DNA from: an uncultured Spirochaetota bacterium
GTDB taxonomy: Bacteria; Spirochaetota; Spirochaetia; JAFGXN01
DNA: 64,000 nucleotides
Assembly: GCA_944390005.1 (NCBI GenBank)
Contig: CALXOJ010000003.1
Span: 175,329-239,328 of the forward strand
Reading direction: 5' to 3'
Shown here: positions 1 through 9,195 of the stretch, one piece after another
Position numbering within the stretch: position 1 is the first letter of the stretch
Layout of the letters: every line of letters begins with the position of its first letter
Notes under the pieces: model-generated
What the model was told of the DNA's origin: nothing
Database searches by the model: none
The model's input: only the letters and a program-made list of their open reading frames with translations
Position numbers and translations under genes: made by a program

Positions 1-587
1 TGAGCGAACTTTACTACTCTTACGGCAACATCACTGCCGCTCCCGACCTGAAAGCGGAAAAAGCAGTCTCCGTCGATGCGGCATTTTTTTTCGACATTCT
101 TGACTCAATGGAGCTGACCGCCGGCACTTTTTGGCGGCGCGAGATCGACGCTGTTTGGTTTGATAACTCCACCTTTCGCAACCTGCCGGCAGCCGACTTT
201 ACCGGCGCCGAGCTCTCATTTCTCGGAGCCTGGCTCTTCGGACGCTATTCGGCCCTCGACCTGACGCTCAACTACGAACTCAATTACGGCCGTTACAGCG
301 ACGGCACTCCGTTTGATCTCAATCACCGTCACATTTTCCGTTCCGCTGTCTCCTATCGCTGCGGAGAATGGTTCGGATTTTATCTAAACGCCGACGTTTA
401 CTCCGGTTTTGCCGATATTCGTCCTTTCGTTGACCTGCGCGGCGGCGTTAAAGGTTCATACAAAGGATTCTTCATCGAACTCGGTGTCAAAAACCTCGCC
501 GACATGGAGCTGCGCTACCACAACTACACCTCCGTTGTTCCCCGTTCGTGGAGCTGCGCCGTCGGCTGGCGGGCTGAACGTTTTTGA
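1..587 (+). CDS. outer-membrane beta-barrel protein, C-terminal portion (5' end lies outside window)
   Basis: Reading frame 3 is open from nt 3 to the stop at 585-587, so the listed M at 108 is internal. Amphipathic alternation and the aromatic C-terminus ...GWRAERF are typical of OM barrel terminal strands. Confidence 0.4.
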   Translation, partial: SELYYSYGNITAAPDLKAEKAVSVDAAFFFDILDSMELTAGTFWRREIDAVWFDNSTFRNLPAADFTGAELSFLGAWLFGRYSALDLTLNYELNYGRYSDGTPFDLNHRHIFRSAVSYRCGEWFGFYLNADVYSGFADIRPFVDLRGGVKGSYKGFFIELGVKNLADMELRYHNYTSVVPRSWSCAVGWRAERF

Positions 588-772
588 GTTTGGGCGCGCG
601 CCCCTACGGGGCGCCGCGTCGACGGCGGGCACGGTCTGCCTTACGGCAGACTGCCTGCGGCACCCGCCGTGCCGCTCGCGCCTTCGCAATCCGTTGAGAT
701 CTTCGGTGAATCAAATTTCCGAAAAGAGAGAGTGCTCGTTCGTAGATTTTCGAAAAACGAGGCAGCGGCCTT

Positions 773-1384
773 TCATATGCGGCAGTCTCGGCCGGCAAAT
801 TCCCACAGATAAAACGAAGCAACGGTAGCGTACGGTGCAAATCGTTGGCGGAAGCCGTCAAAATCGCGGCGGGAGAGGTTTTTGCGGTCGCAGAGACGGC
901 AAAGCGCTGTTCGGATACCGCGGTCGCCGGAAATGAGGACGTTTTTCCGTTCGAAGCAGAAAATCAGCATCATCTCAGCCATCCATTTGCCGATTCCGTC
1001 GAGCATTTGCAGCCGAGCGCAGATTTCGGCGTCCGAAAGCGGCTGAAGGCTCTCTTTGGTCAATCCGTCTTCTGCCGCTTGGGCGATGCCGCGGATGTAA
1101 TTCAGTTTTCGCTGTGAAATTCCGCAGCAGATGAGTACTTCCGGATTTTCTGTTAAAAAGAGACGCGGTGATGGTTCGCCGAAACGGTTTATGACCCGAC
1201 TCCAAACGGTGCGCATAGCTTTAGTTGAAATTTGCTGACTGATAACCGCTTGCGCTAAAGCTGTAAACAAATCGGGCGTGGTTTCCCGCTTAATCATACC
1301 GAAGCGGTCGATGAAAACACTTAATTCGGGAGCTTGCCGGCGAAGTGCCGACAGCTCCGTCTCTCCGTATTCGAAAAAAGGCAT
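773..1384 (-). CDS. HhH-GPD superfamily DNA glycosylase (3-methyladenine DNA glycosylase II / AlkA-like)
   Basis: The translation shows a helix-hairpin-helix Gly/Pro-rich loop (LDGIGKWMAEMMLIF) followed by an Asp-containing segment. The ~200-aa size matches AlkA/Mag-type glycosylases. The gene ends 4 nt before cdr, suggesting co-transcription. Confidence 0.65.
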   Translation of the reverse strand: MPFFEYGETELSALRRQAPELSVFIDRFGMIKRETTPDLFTALAQAVISQQISTKAMRTVWSRVINRFGEPSPRLFLTENPEVLICCGISQRKLNYIRGIAQAAEDGLTKESLQPLSDAEICARLQMLDGIGKWMAEMMLIFCFERKNVLISGDRGIRTALCRLCDRKNLSRRDFDGFRQRFAPYATVASFYLWEFAGRDCRI

Positions 1385-1387
1385 CTC

Positions 1388-3109
1388 TCAGCGAAGCGGT
1401 GCGCCGCATTCTCCGCACAGACGATCGGCGTACTCCGTATTGCCCTCCATCGCCGATTTGTAAAAACGGTAGCCGCCGCTCAAATGCGAACAGTTCCATC
1501 CGAGCGAAGAGAGAATTCGGCAAGCAATATAACTGCGCAGCGCGCTTTGACAGATGACGTAGAGGTTTTTTCCCTTCGGAATTTCGCTCAGGCGGTCGCG
1601 CAGCGAGTCGACGGGAATATTAATGCTTCCTTTGATGCATCCGGCGGCGTATTCTCCCGGAGTGCGCACATCCAGGAAAAATCCGTTTTCGTCTTTTTGC
1701 AGACGGGGAACATCGTACCAATGAAACTGACTGACAGCACCGTTTAACACATTCGTTATCACGTAACCGGCGATGTTGACGGGATCTTTGGCAGAAGAGT
1801 ACGGCGGTGCGTAGGCGAATTCCCAATCGGTCAAATCGTCGGCGACGGCTTTGCAGCGAACAGCGGCAGCCAACACGTCGATTCGTTTGTCGACTCCCGC
1901 CGTTCCGGCAATTTGCGCTCCGAGGATTTGACCTTTTTTAAAGCGATCAGTCGCTTTCGGTGAAAAAAGTACCTTTACTGTCATATTTCCGGCGCCCGGG
2001 TAGTAGGTGGCGTGAGACGGAGAGAAGGTGACAGTCTTGTCAAATTCGATGCCGGCGCTGCGGGCGGCGGTTTCATTGAGTCCGGTCGCTGCAAAGGTCA
2101 TTTCAAACAGTTTCAAAATTGACGAACCCTGCGCGCCTTTAAACGTGCTGCTGCCTCCGCAGATGTTGTCGGCGGCAATACGGCCCTGTTTGTTGGCAGG
2201 CCCCGCCAGCGGAACCAATGCCGGAGCTTCGGTTACAAAGTTTCGGATCTCCGTCGCGTCTCCGACCGCGTAAATGTCGGGAACCGAAGTTTCCATTTTT
2301 TCGTTGACTTGAATGGCGCCTTTGGTTCCGGTCTTCAATCCGGCTGACTCTGCCAACGCGTTATCGGGCGCCACACCGACGGCCATGATGACTAAATCGG
2401 CAAACAGCGGCTCTTTCCCGCTGATTTGTACTTCCACTGAACCGTCAGCAGCGGTCGAGAATCCCGAAACACCTGCACCGAGAATCAGGTTTATGCCGTT
2501 GCGCTTCAATGTATCGTGTACAAACGACGCCATGTCGTAATCAAACGGAACAAAAACCTGCGGCAGAAGTTCGACCAGCGAAACCGACAACCCTCTGCGT
2601 TTGAGGTTTTCCGCTGTTTCCAATCCGATGAAACCGCCTCCGATAACGACAGCCCGTTTCGGTCGGTTTTCTTTAATAAATTCATCGATGGCAAAGGTAT
2701 TTTCGACGTTGCGCAGTGTAAAGATGCGCGGATCGTCTTTGCCCGGCAGCGGCGGAACAATCGGTTTAGATCCGGGAGAAAGCAGAAGCTTGTCGTAGCT
2801 CTCTTCAAAGGTTTCGTTTGTTTGCAGATTGACCACCGTGACGGTTTTTTGCTTCGCATCGACGGCAGTGACTTTGTGGTGAACTCGAGCCTGAATCCGA
2901 TATCGATTGAAAAACTGCTGCGGCGTCTGCAGTGTCAGAGCTGTGCGTTCGGTGATTTCTCCGCCGATAAAATACGGCAGTCCGCAGTTGGCGTAAGAGA
3001 TATAACCGCTTTGTTCAAAAATGATGATTTCCGCTTTTTCATCCAAGCGGCGAATGCGGGCTGCGGCCGTTGCGCCTCCGGCAACTCCGCCGACAATAAC
3101 GACTTTCAT
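1388..3109 (-). CDS. cdr: CoA-disulfide reductase with C-terminal rhodanese domain (CoADR-RHD)
   Basis: The N-terminus MKVVIVGGVAGGATAA carries an FAD-binding GxGxxG. A pyridine-nucleotide-disulfide oxidoreductase core has the redox Cys in SYANCGLPY. The C-terminal rhodanese fold has the active Cys in YVICQSALRS. ATG confirmed at 3107-3109 (cat on + strand). Confidence 0.85.
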   Translation of the reverse strand: MKVVIVGGVAGGATAAARIRRLDEKAEIIIFEQSGYISYANCGLPYFIGGEITERTALTLQTPQQFFNRYRIQARVHHKVTAVDAKQKTVTVVNLQTNETFEESYDKLLLSPGSKPIVPPLPGKDDPRIFTLRNVENTFAIDEFIKENRPKRAVVIGGGFIGLETAENLKRRGLSVSLVELLPQVFVPFDYDMASFVHDTLKRNGINLILGAGVSGFSTAADGSVEVQISGKEPLFADLVIMAVGVAPDNALAESAGLKTGTKGAIQVNEKMETSVPDIYAVGDATEIRNFVTEAPALVPLAGPANKQGRIAADNICGGSSTFKGAQGSSILKLFEMTFAATGLNETAARSAGIEFDKTVTFSPSHATYYPGAGNMTVKVLFSPKATDRFKKGQILGAQIAGTAGVDKRIDVLAAAVRCKAVADDLTDWEFAYAPPYSSAKDPVNIAGYVITNVLNGAVSQFHWYDVPRLQKDENGFFLDVRTPGEYAAGCIKGSINIPVDSLRDRLSEIPKGKNLYVICQSALRSYIACRILSSLGWNCSHLSGGYRFYKSAMEGNTEYADRLCGECGAPLR

Positions 3110-3135
3110 TGAGTCCCTCCGATGATTGATTGAGT

Positions 3136-4290
3136 TTAGTTAATATTAATATATTTTGTTAGCGGGTCAAAGTCAAACTTTTTCTTTGTTTTAAACGGAT
3201 AAAATTTCGGATGTACGGATTTCCCGGGGGTGACAAGCGGCGGTTTTTCGAGGAGAATGACTTTCACGGGGCGTTGTTCCTGCATGAAAATGAGCCGGTC
3301 GCCTCTCCGTTCAATGGAGACGGCGCCGATTGCTGTCTTTTCCAACGTGACGACGGTTTCGGATGGATGCATCGGTGTGCCGTCGGCATCGAAAAACGGA
3401 GGAAAGATGAACCGGTAATCGGCGAAGGTTGAAAATGCGTGTGAAAGCAGCGCTGTTCCGTCGACCGTTCGTTTTCGGCTGCGGCGGTTTCCGTCTTCGT
3501 CGCGGATTCCGGTTAAAACGGCGGCGAAGCGGGTGCCGTCACGCTCTGCCGTCAAAGCGACATTGTTGCCGGAAGCGTCAATGTATCCGGTTTTCAAGCC
3601 GACGGCGCCGGAAAACGCACCGATGATTTCGTTGTGGTTGATCTGTCGAACGAAGCCGTAAACGGCGGCTGTTCCGTTGAGGTTATGCGGCTGCGGATAC
3701 GTAAAAGAGGGGAGTGAAGCCGTTTCCGCAATAACGGGATATTTTTGAATCAGTTCGATGCAGAAAAACGCGAATTCCCGCGGAGAGATTCGGTTTTGCG
3801 GCGAATAACCGGAGGCGTCGGCAAACTGACAGTTGCCGAATCCGAGACTTTCCATTGTTCGATTCATTTCGAGAACAAACGCTTCCACCGAACCTACCGT
3901 CAGCAGTGCGACGGCAACAGCGGCATCGTTCCCGGACGGAACCATCAATCCGCAAAGCAACTCTTTCAGTGAAACAATTTGTCCCGCTTGCAGAAACATC
4001 AACGACGAATGCGGCGGTGCGGCGCGAAAGTCGGCTGCCGGCGGCACAAGAAAACGGCGGTCTAAATCCCATTCTCGGTTTTCCCACAACCGCATCGCCG
4101 TGTAAGCGGTAACCAGCTTTGTCATAGAGGCCGGAGGACAAATTCGTTCACCGTTTTTTTCAAACAAAACTTGTTTTGAATCGATGCCGACGAGAACGGC
4201 AGATTCGGCATTCAAGAGGAGTGTTTCTTCCTGTGCGAAAATCGGAGAGAGGAAAATCAACAACAGCGGAAGAACGGTTGCTCGTTTCAT
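3136..4290 (-). CDS. D-alanyl-D-alanine carboxypeptidase (peptidase S11, PBP5-like) with signal peptide
   Basis: SxxK (PASMTK), SGN and KTG motifs sit in the correct order. The start is re-placed at ATG 4288-4290 (MKRATVLPLLLIFLSPIFAQ signal peptide). The upstream extension to 4440 would overlap the hlyIII coding region. Confidence 0.8.
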   Translation of the reverse strand: MKRATVLPLLLIFLSPIFAQEETLLLNAESAVLVGIDSKQVLFEKNGERICPPASMTKLVTAYTAMRLWENREWDLDRRFLVPPAADFRAAPPHSSLMFLQAGQIVSLKELLCGLMVPSGNDAAVAVALLTVGSVEAFVLEMNRTMESLGFGNCQFADASGYSPQNRISPREFAFFCIELIQKYPVIAETASLPSFTYPQPHNLNGTAAVYGFVRQINHNEIIGAFSGAVGLKTGYIDASGNNVALTAERDGTRFAAVLTGIRDEDGNRRSRKRTVDGTALLSHAFSTFADYRFIFPPFFDADGTPMHPSETVVTLEKTAIGAVSIERRGDRLIFMQEQRPVKVILLEKPPLVTPGKSVHPKFYPFKTKKKFDFDPLTKYININ

Positions 4291-4297
4291 GATCGGA

Positions 4298-4954
4298 TTA
4301 TGCGGTCGGAAGGATAACGTAAAATAAAACCGCGAAATACTGCAAAACGGTTCCGGCAAGGACCCAAAAGTGCCAGATTCCGTGGTTGCAGGGAATCTTT
4401 TCGGATTTATAGAAGATAACGCCGACAGAGTAAGCCACACCTCCCGCCGCCGTCAATATCAATCCGACGGGATCAATCGATTCAATAAAAGGTTTGATAG
4501 CGATGATGATGCACCAACCCATTGCCAAGTACAGAAGAAGCGACAGTAAGCCCAATTTGTGTTTAAAGCAGATTTTGATAACGGTTCCGGCAAGAGTCAC
4601 TCCCCAGACAACTCCGAAAAGCGACCATCCCCACGGACCGCGTAACGTCACCAGTACGAACGGAGTGTAAGTTCCCGCAATCAGATAAAAAATCGAAATG
4701 TGGTCGATTAAATTCATGATATGGCGGACTTTTTCGTTTTTTGAGCCGTGGTAGAGAGCCGACGCCGAGTAGAGCAGTATCATCGATGCTCCAAAAACGG
4801 CAGACGAGACGATTTTCCATGGATCCCGCTGCAAAGCGGAGAAGACAATCAAAATGACCGTTCCGGCAACAGCAAAAAGAGCGCCGGCGGCATGGGTTGC
4901 AATATTAACTAACTCTTCTCCGCGTTGGTAGCGGTAAATTTTCAGTTTTTCCAT
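4298..4954 (-). CDS. hemolysin III / PAQR family 7-TM membrane protein
   Basis: 218 aa with 7 predicted TM helices. Conserved His motifs (ATHAAGA near the N-terminus, HGIWHFWV near the C-terminus) are characteristic of the HlyIII/YqfA family. Confidence 0.8.
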   Translation of the reverse strand: MEKLKIYRYQRGEELVNIATHAAGALFAVAGTVILIVFSALQRDPWKIVSSAVFGASMILLYSASALYHGSKNEKVRHIMNLIDHISIFYLIAGTYTPFVLVTLRGPWGWSLFGVVWGVTLAGTVIKICFKHKLGLLSLLLYLAMGWCIIIAIKPFIESIDPVGLILTAAGGVAYSVGVIFYKSEKIPCNHGIWHFWVLAGTVLQYFAVLFYVILPTA

Positions 4955-5092
4955 AGTCGATTCAGTATATCGAATGAAGAAAAAAGAATCAATCGAAAGT
5001 TAATTCGGTTTACCTCGTAAAATTTCGGATTCAAAAAGAGTCAGAGCGGCGGCAATGGCTCCCGATTTTTGTTTTACGACGCACTCTTTCAC

Positions 5093-7051
5093 TTATTTTG
5101 TCTCCAAAGCGGCGGCGTTTTCTCCTGCCTGAGCGGAGGCGAGACGGTTTTCCGTTTCTTCCCATTCGTCGGTCAGTTTTGCAATTTCGTCTTCGGTTTG
5201 TCTGACGGCTTCAGCGGCGGCTGCCGACTTTTGAGGATCGCTGTAGCACTCTTCACGGCTCCATTCGGCGTGCAGCTGCCTCAAACGCTCTTCAGCTGTT
5301 TCGATTGCCGACAGCAGCCTCTGCGACTCCTTTTGCAAGCGGTTGATCAGGTTGCGCGTCTCTTTTTGCCGTTTGTGATCGTTGTTGGCGGTCGTTTTTT
5401 CGATAGTGTGTTCGGGGGCTGCCGTACTTCGAGTTTCTGTTTGTGCGTCGGTTTGGGATTTTTTCCATAGAAAATAATCATAATCTCCGCCGTAAAAGCG
5501 GGCTCCGTTTTCCGTCAGATCGAGAACAGAATCGGCTAAATCTCGGATGAAAGCGCGGTCATGTGAAACAAAAATCACCGTTCCCGTATAGTTTTTTAAT
5601 GCCTCCAAAAGCACATCCTTTGAATGAAGATCGAGATGGTTTGTCGGTTCGTCGAGAATGAGAAGGTTGGACGGCTGCATCATCAGCTTCAGAAGGGTCA
5701 GACGATTTTTTTCGCCGCCGCTTAAAACGGAAATCGGTTTTTCGATGTCTCTATCGGAGAAGAGAAAGGCCCCAAGGAGATTGTTGACTTTCGGACGCAG
5801 TTCGGCCGGTGCGGCAGCGTCGGCTTCTTCTTTAACCGTCATTGAAGCGTGCAGATCGTGTTCGTAATCCTGCGCAAAATAGCCGATGCGGACGCCGCTT
5901 CCGAGTTTGACAGTGCCGGAGGTCGGAGTGTCCCGTCCGGATAAAATCCGCAGAAGTGTGGATTTTCCCGCTCCGTTGACACCTGTTACGGCAGTTTTTT
6001 GCCCCGCCCGGAAGGTCAGAGACAATTCGCGCAGGACTTCATGTGTTCCGTAGCTTTTTTTGAGATCTGTCAGCGTTAACGCATCTTTGCCGCAGCGGGG
6101 CGCCGGCGGAAAACGGAAATGAATTTTTTTGAGGTTTTCCGGAATTTCGATCGGCGTCATCTTTTCCAGCATCCGTTCGCGGCTTTTGACGGAGGCAGCC
6201 TTTGTCGCTTTTGCCCGAAACCGTTCAATGTACTGTTTGCTGCGTTCGATTTCTTCCTGTTGGATTTTCGCCTGTCGGATCAGTAAATCGATTTCTTCTT
6301 TACGCTGCTTTTCATATGCCGAATAATTGCCCTTGTACCGTTTCAGCCGGCCGTTAAAAAGTTCGTAAGTTTCGCCGACAGTTTCATCTAAAAACCATCG
6401 GTCATGTGAAATGAGTAAAATGCCGCCGTCGTATTTTTCAAGAAAACGGGCAAGCCATTCGCGGCTTTCAATGTCGAGATAGTTTGTCGGTTCATCCAAG
6501 AGGAGAATTTGCGGCTGCATCAGCAGGATACGCGCCAATGCAATACGCATCTGCCAGCCGCCGGAAAAGGAGGAGGAAGATTTTTCGAGATCAGAAGTTT
6601 TGAATCCGAGCCCTTTCAGTACTCGGTCGATGCGATCGCGTCGGTGGTGGTAGCCGCAGGCAAGAAGAATCTCTTCGATTTCGTGAATGCGGTGAGCTTT
6701 TTCTTCCCAGCCGGCGTCGTGTCCGTTCATCTGTGCTGCCAAACGCGTTTTTTCATCTTCAAGCAGTCGGAAGCGGTCAAAGGCATCTTCGACCTCTTCC
6801 GGAGGCGTTTTGCTGCCGAAAGAGATACCGGTTTGCGGCAGATATGCGGCGAGCGTGCCTTCGGATTTCGAAACGGTTCCGGTATCCGGCTGAATTTCTC
6901 CGACAAGGATTTTCATAAGCGTCGATTTGCCGCAGCCGTTAACGCCGGCTAAAGCGGCGCGCGTTTTGCCGTCAATTTGAAGAGAGACGTTATTGAGCAA
7001 ATCCCGGTCACCGTAGGCAAGACAGATGTGCGAAGCTTGCAGAAGAGCCAC
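5093..7051 (-). CDS. ABC-F family ATPase (two tandem ABC domains, C-terminal coiled-coil; Uup/EttA-like)
   Basis: Two Walker A motifs (GVNGCGKST; GVNGAGKST) and two ABC signatures (LSGGWQMR; LSGGEKNR). There are no TM segments. The acidic/basic coiled-coil tail is typical of Uup-type ABC-F proteins. Confidence 0.85.
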   Translation of the reverse strand: MALLQASHICLAYGDRDLLNNVSLQIDGKTRAALAGVNGCGKSTLMKILVGEIQPDTGTVSKSEGTLAAYLPQTGISFGSKTPPEEVEDAFDRFRLLEDEKTRLAAQMNGHDAGWEEKAHRIHEIEEILLACGYHHRRDRIDRVLKGLGFKTSDLEKSSSSFSGGWQMRIALARILLMQPQILLLDEPTNYLDIESREWLARFLEKYDGGILLISHDRWFLDETVGETYELFNGRLKRYKGNYSAYEKQRKEEIDLLIRQAKIQQEEIERSKQYIERFRAKATKAASVKSRERMLEKMTPIEIPENLKKIHFRFPPAPRCGKDALTLTDLKKSYGTHEVLRELSLTFRAGQKTAVTGVNGAGKSTLLRILSGRDTPTSGTVKLGSGVRIGYFAQDYEHDLHASMTVKEEADAAAPAELRPKVNNLLGAFLFSDRDIEKPISVLSGGEKNRLTLLKLMMQPSNLLILDEPTNHLDLHSKDVLLEALKNYTGTVIFVSHDRAFIRDLADSVLDLTENGARFYGGDYDYFLWKKSQTDAQTETRSTAAPEHTIEKTTANNDHKRQKETRNLINRLQKESQRLLSAIETAEERLRQLHAEWSREECYSDPQKSAAAAEAVRQTEDEIAKLTDEWEETENRLASAQAGENAAALETK

Positions 7052-7053
7052 AG

Positions 7054-8304
7054 TTACCTCGATAGGTAAAGTTTCAGCGGAGCGTTCGGTTGTCGGATAA
7101 CGGTGTTTTTTTCCACCAAATAATCGGGAATCATTGTCAATTCAAGGTTATTTTCGTCAGCGTTATACAGTGCGTAAACGGTCTTTCCCTGTGAAAACCG
7201 AAAAACAAGTCCGCCGGTGTAAGAGTCGCTCAAATCCGGACTTATGAACAAGTTGAACGAAACGGTTCCTTCGGTAAAATCGGGACTTGGAATGTAATCG
7301 GGTATCAGAATGCGGTTGCGGGTCCAAACGAATTTTTTGTCTTCGGTAATCGTCAGCCGTCCCGAACTGATGCTCGAAAACGAGTTTCCGTAAGCGATTA
7401 AATTTTCGAACAGTTCGTTTTGCCGATTTTGTTCGGCTTCGATAATTTTCGTCAGATCGGGAATTGGTGAGAAAAACTGTCCGTAATCGTTTTTCAGCGA
7501 AGTGTTGATGATAAGAATTTCGTTGGAATTCGGAAGGTTGACTTGAATCGGCGTGTCGGTGAACGAAACGGTTCTGCGGTCGCCTTCGATTCCCGAATAC
7601 GAAAAAACGCCTGAATAAAGTTTTGAGCGGATGGTGAGCACTTTTTTTTGCGGATCGACTTTGAAAAAGTAGTTTTTGGCAAACAGTTCCAAATCATAAA
7701 TTTCGTTGGCAATGTATTCTTTGTACTCCGACGGATAAAAAACTGTCGAAGTCAGGCGGTCGGCAGCCGCCTGGTACGGGTCCCGCTTTTCCGCTTCGGA
7801 AGCTCGGAATAATTCGAGGTTATGACCGTAGGACCAACCGGCGGTTCCCGTTTCCGTTAAAATGCGGTACCAATAATTTTGCGTCGATCCGATAGTGTCC
7901 ATCTCGTCTGATCGTTCGATGATTTTGATTTCCTCACCTTCTTTCAGTGTGTACAAAACCGATCCGAACGCATCGGCTGTCGCTCTGACAGCGTGGCGGT
8001 CGCGTTTGGCCGTTGCAAATGTATCGATAAACGGCAGATAGGATTCGCGAAAATTCTCCGCATCTCGTTTGCGTTTTTCGAAATGAAGCTGCCACTTTTC
8101 GTATTCAATACGGTTCCCGTCGATTTGAACGATGTATTTGTTGCGAAGTTTTGACTCCTGCTTGATTTTTACAAGCAGTCCGTTGTTTTGAGGGATTTGA
8201 AAATCCCAAAGTACAACTCCGTACCCGATTCGTTCCGGTATGATCAGAAGGATGAAGCTGATGAGAACGCACGATACAAGCAATCCGATGACAATTTTTT
8301 TCAT
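7054..8304 (-). CDS. hypothetical membrane-anchored protein with SH3b-like segment
   Basis: N-terminal TM helix MKKIVIGLLVSCVLISFILLII. The region ...YWYRILTETGTAGWSYGHNLEL resembles a bacterial SH3 domain. The rest has no recognisable family. Stop/start junctions with neighbours suggest an operon. Confidence 0.5.
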   Translation of the reverse strand: MKKIVIGLLVSCVLISFILLIIPERIGYGVVLWDFQIPQNNGLLVKIKQESKLRNKYIVQIDGNRIEYEKWQLHFEKRKRDAENFRESYLPFIDTFATAKRDRHAVRATADAFGSVLYTLKEGEEIKIIERSDEMDTIGSTQNYWYRILTETGTAGWSYGHNLELFRASEAEKRDPYQAAADRLTSTVFYPSEYKEYIANEIYDLELFAKNYFFKVDPQKKVLTIRSKLYSGVFSYSGIEGDRRTVSFTDTPIQVNLPNSNEILIINTSLKNDYGQFFSPIPDLTKIIEAEQNRQNELFENLIAYGNSFSSISSGRLTITEDKKFVWTRNRILIPDYIPSPDFTEGTVSFNLFISPDLSDSYTGGLVFRFSQGKTVYALYNADENNLELTMIPDYLVEKNTVIRQPNAPLKLYLSR

Positions 8305-8305
8305 T

Positions 8306-9184
8306 TTATTTTTCTAACGGCGCGGTTAAAGTCAGATTTAAATTTTCACTGTCACAGAGAATGTGAATTTTCCCGGTTTTCAACAATTCGATATTAGCGG
8401 TACGGCTCAGCAGTTTTTTCGCATCGTCGTTGCGAATGACAAGATCGGTGTGAAGTTCTCCGAATACAGCCGCCGCTAAAATCCGCAGCGGCCGCGTTCC
8501 GATTTCATGTTCGGTCAGTTCCGTGTCAGCAGGGTAGTAGGTCACATAACCGCGTTCGGTCAAAACAGCCGGATCGATATTTTCCTGCGACAGCAGCGTC
8601 TCCCCCGAATCGCTCAGCAGCTTTGGAAAAAGCGCCGGCTGCAAAGCGGCTGCCTCCGATTTTCCGAATACCGGCAGCAGTCCCGTTGCCACAATCACAA
8701 CGGCGCTGTAGTCATCTGCAGCAATATACCCCAAATGCGGACGGATGGGAATCGGCGTGTCATGCGTGACAAAAATTTTCGTAAAGTCGGAGTAGAGATG
8801 TACATTGTATTCACTGATTAATACATCAAGATTTTCGGAAAGGTAGAAATTTTCCTGAAATGCATTTTGACTCAACGATTCAATGACATTTAGATATGTC
8901 AAATCCGTTGAAATTAAGTCTTTTACCGTTTCTTTCGAATTAACGACAATCGGTTCGAGAGCCATTCGCAAAATGCGCGGAAATGCTTTTTCAATTTCCC
9001 GTTCAGCCTGCAATTTTGCCTCTTGAATAACAAAAATTTCAGGATTCAGAGCGTTTTCAACCCGAATTCGAAGGAGATCGCGTTCCCAACGAATATCGGT
9101 TTTAACTTCAAAAGTGTCGACTTGTGCCGGTATCATAACGGTACAAATGGTCAGCAGTAAAAAAACGATCGTCTTTTTTTTCAT
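8306..9184 (-). CDS. hypothetical secreted protein
   Basis: N-terminal signal peptide MKKKTIVFLLLTICTVMIPAQ. No recognisable motifs. Tightly packed between the MltD-like gene and the SH3b-like gene. Confidence 0.5.
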   Translation of the reverse strand: MKKKTIVFLLLTICTVMIPAQVDTFEVKTDIRWERDLLRIRVENALNPEIFVIQEAKLQAEREIEKAFPRILRMALEPIVVNSKETVKDLISTDLTYLNVIESLSQNAFQENFYLSENLDVLISEYNVHLYSDFTKIFVTHDTPIPIRPHLGYIAADDYSAVVIVATGLLPVFGKSEAAALQPALFPKLLSDSGETLLSQENIDPAVLTERGYVTYYPADTELTEHEIGTRPLRILAAAVFGELHTDLVIRNDDAKKLLSRTANIELLKTGKIHILCDSENLNLTLTAPLEK

Positions 9185-9195
9185 ATTTTCTCCGC

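Noticed and set aside
583-772. GC-rich 190-bp intergenic block between convergent genes considered as a small RNA gene
   Set aside because: There is no promoter or terminator pair and no recognisable family structure. It is better explained as REP-like hairpins or a terminator region, and is reported only as a repeat-motif finding.
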